Shown: positions 63,807-64,000 of the stretch, piece after piece | Numbering within the stretch: the stretch's first letter is position 1 | How the letters are laid out: every line of letters starts with the position of its first letter | Origin: a virus | Lineage: Duplodnaviria; Heunggongvirae; Uroviricota; Caudoviricetes | Virus record (IMG/VR): IMGVR_UViG_3300021400_000048 | Location: 56,791-120,790 of that record | Strand: one strand, 5' to 3' | Length of the DNA stretch: 64,000 bases | The notes under the pieces: model-generated | What the model was told of the DNA's origin: nothing | What the model saw: the letters and a program-made list of their open reading frames with translations, nothing else | The model's database searches: none | Program-made: the position numbers and the translations under genes

Positions 63807-64000
63807 TGGGCCCTCTTATTATTTTCTATATGGAATAATTCATGAAGTGGATAACGATCATTTATAGTTTCCATTTCTTCTGCATCAACTAATTGAATAA
63901 AGTGAAAATCATTAACACCCGCATCGCCATCAAACATAGCTAATAATGAATGAATAAAACCATCTACAGTTTCCTTCGCATCGCCTTTACCAGCTTTTAG
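63794..64000 (-). CDS. 3' end of a gene whose start lies beyond the window (1 TGA-Trp near its end)
   Basis: In-frame hand translation ...NDRYPLHELFHIENNKRAQWKNY*; overlaps the lipoprotein start. Confidence 0.35.

Noticed and set aside
1-64000. Translation table 25 (UGA=Gly) or programmed selenocysteine
   Set aside because: The TGA positions align with conserved Trp, no SECIS-like context is seen, and TGA is far too frequent.
1-64000. CRISPR arrays, IS elements, integrase or attachment sites, rRNA
   Set aside because: No direct-repeat or spacer periodicity, no transposase or recombinase motifs, and no rRNA-like conserved blocks were seen anywhere in the window.

Overview
The window is AT-rich, every gene is on the minus strand, and it reads as the DNA of a tailed virus or prophage. 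It has tail-fibre genes with Phage_fiber_2 repeats, an nrdD gene split by a group I intron carrying a GIY-YIG homing endonuclease, nrdG, an ATP-dependent DNA ligase, a Pnkp-like kinase-phosphatase-ligase, an orphan NPPY DNA methyltransferase, and about 35 tandem small ORFs. The supplied standard-code ORF track is misleading. Many apparent stops are in-frame TGA codons that must be read as Trp (translation table 4).

The main results:
- Re-joining fragments across TGA gives one giant, repetitive, T/S/Y/N/G-rich ORF of more than 4,560 codons (1..13696, running off the window), a 903-aa tail fibre, and many other re-joined genes.
- TGA-Trp genes and strictly TGG-Trp genes sit in alternating blocks.
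- The TGA-containing blocks sit behind a repeated motif, TATTTGCTAAATTAA on the coding strand ('class A').
- The TGG-only blocks sit behind a terminator-hairpin + TTTTTTATTGTATAATATA cassette ('class B').
- This looks like a two-tier early/late programme coupled to stop-codon recoding.
- At the right end, a class B promoter precedes a tRNA-like gene and then about 770 nt of GC-rich, ORF-free sequence, a candidate large structured ncRNA.

No CRISPR array, transposase, integrase or rRNA was seen. Coordinates of features re-joined by hand may be off by 1-2 nt.
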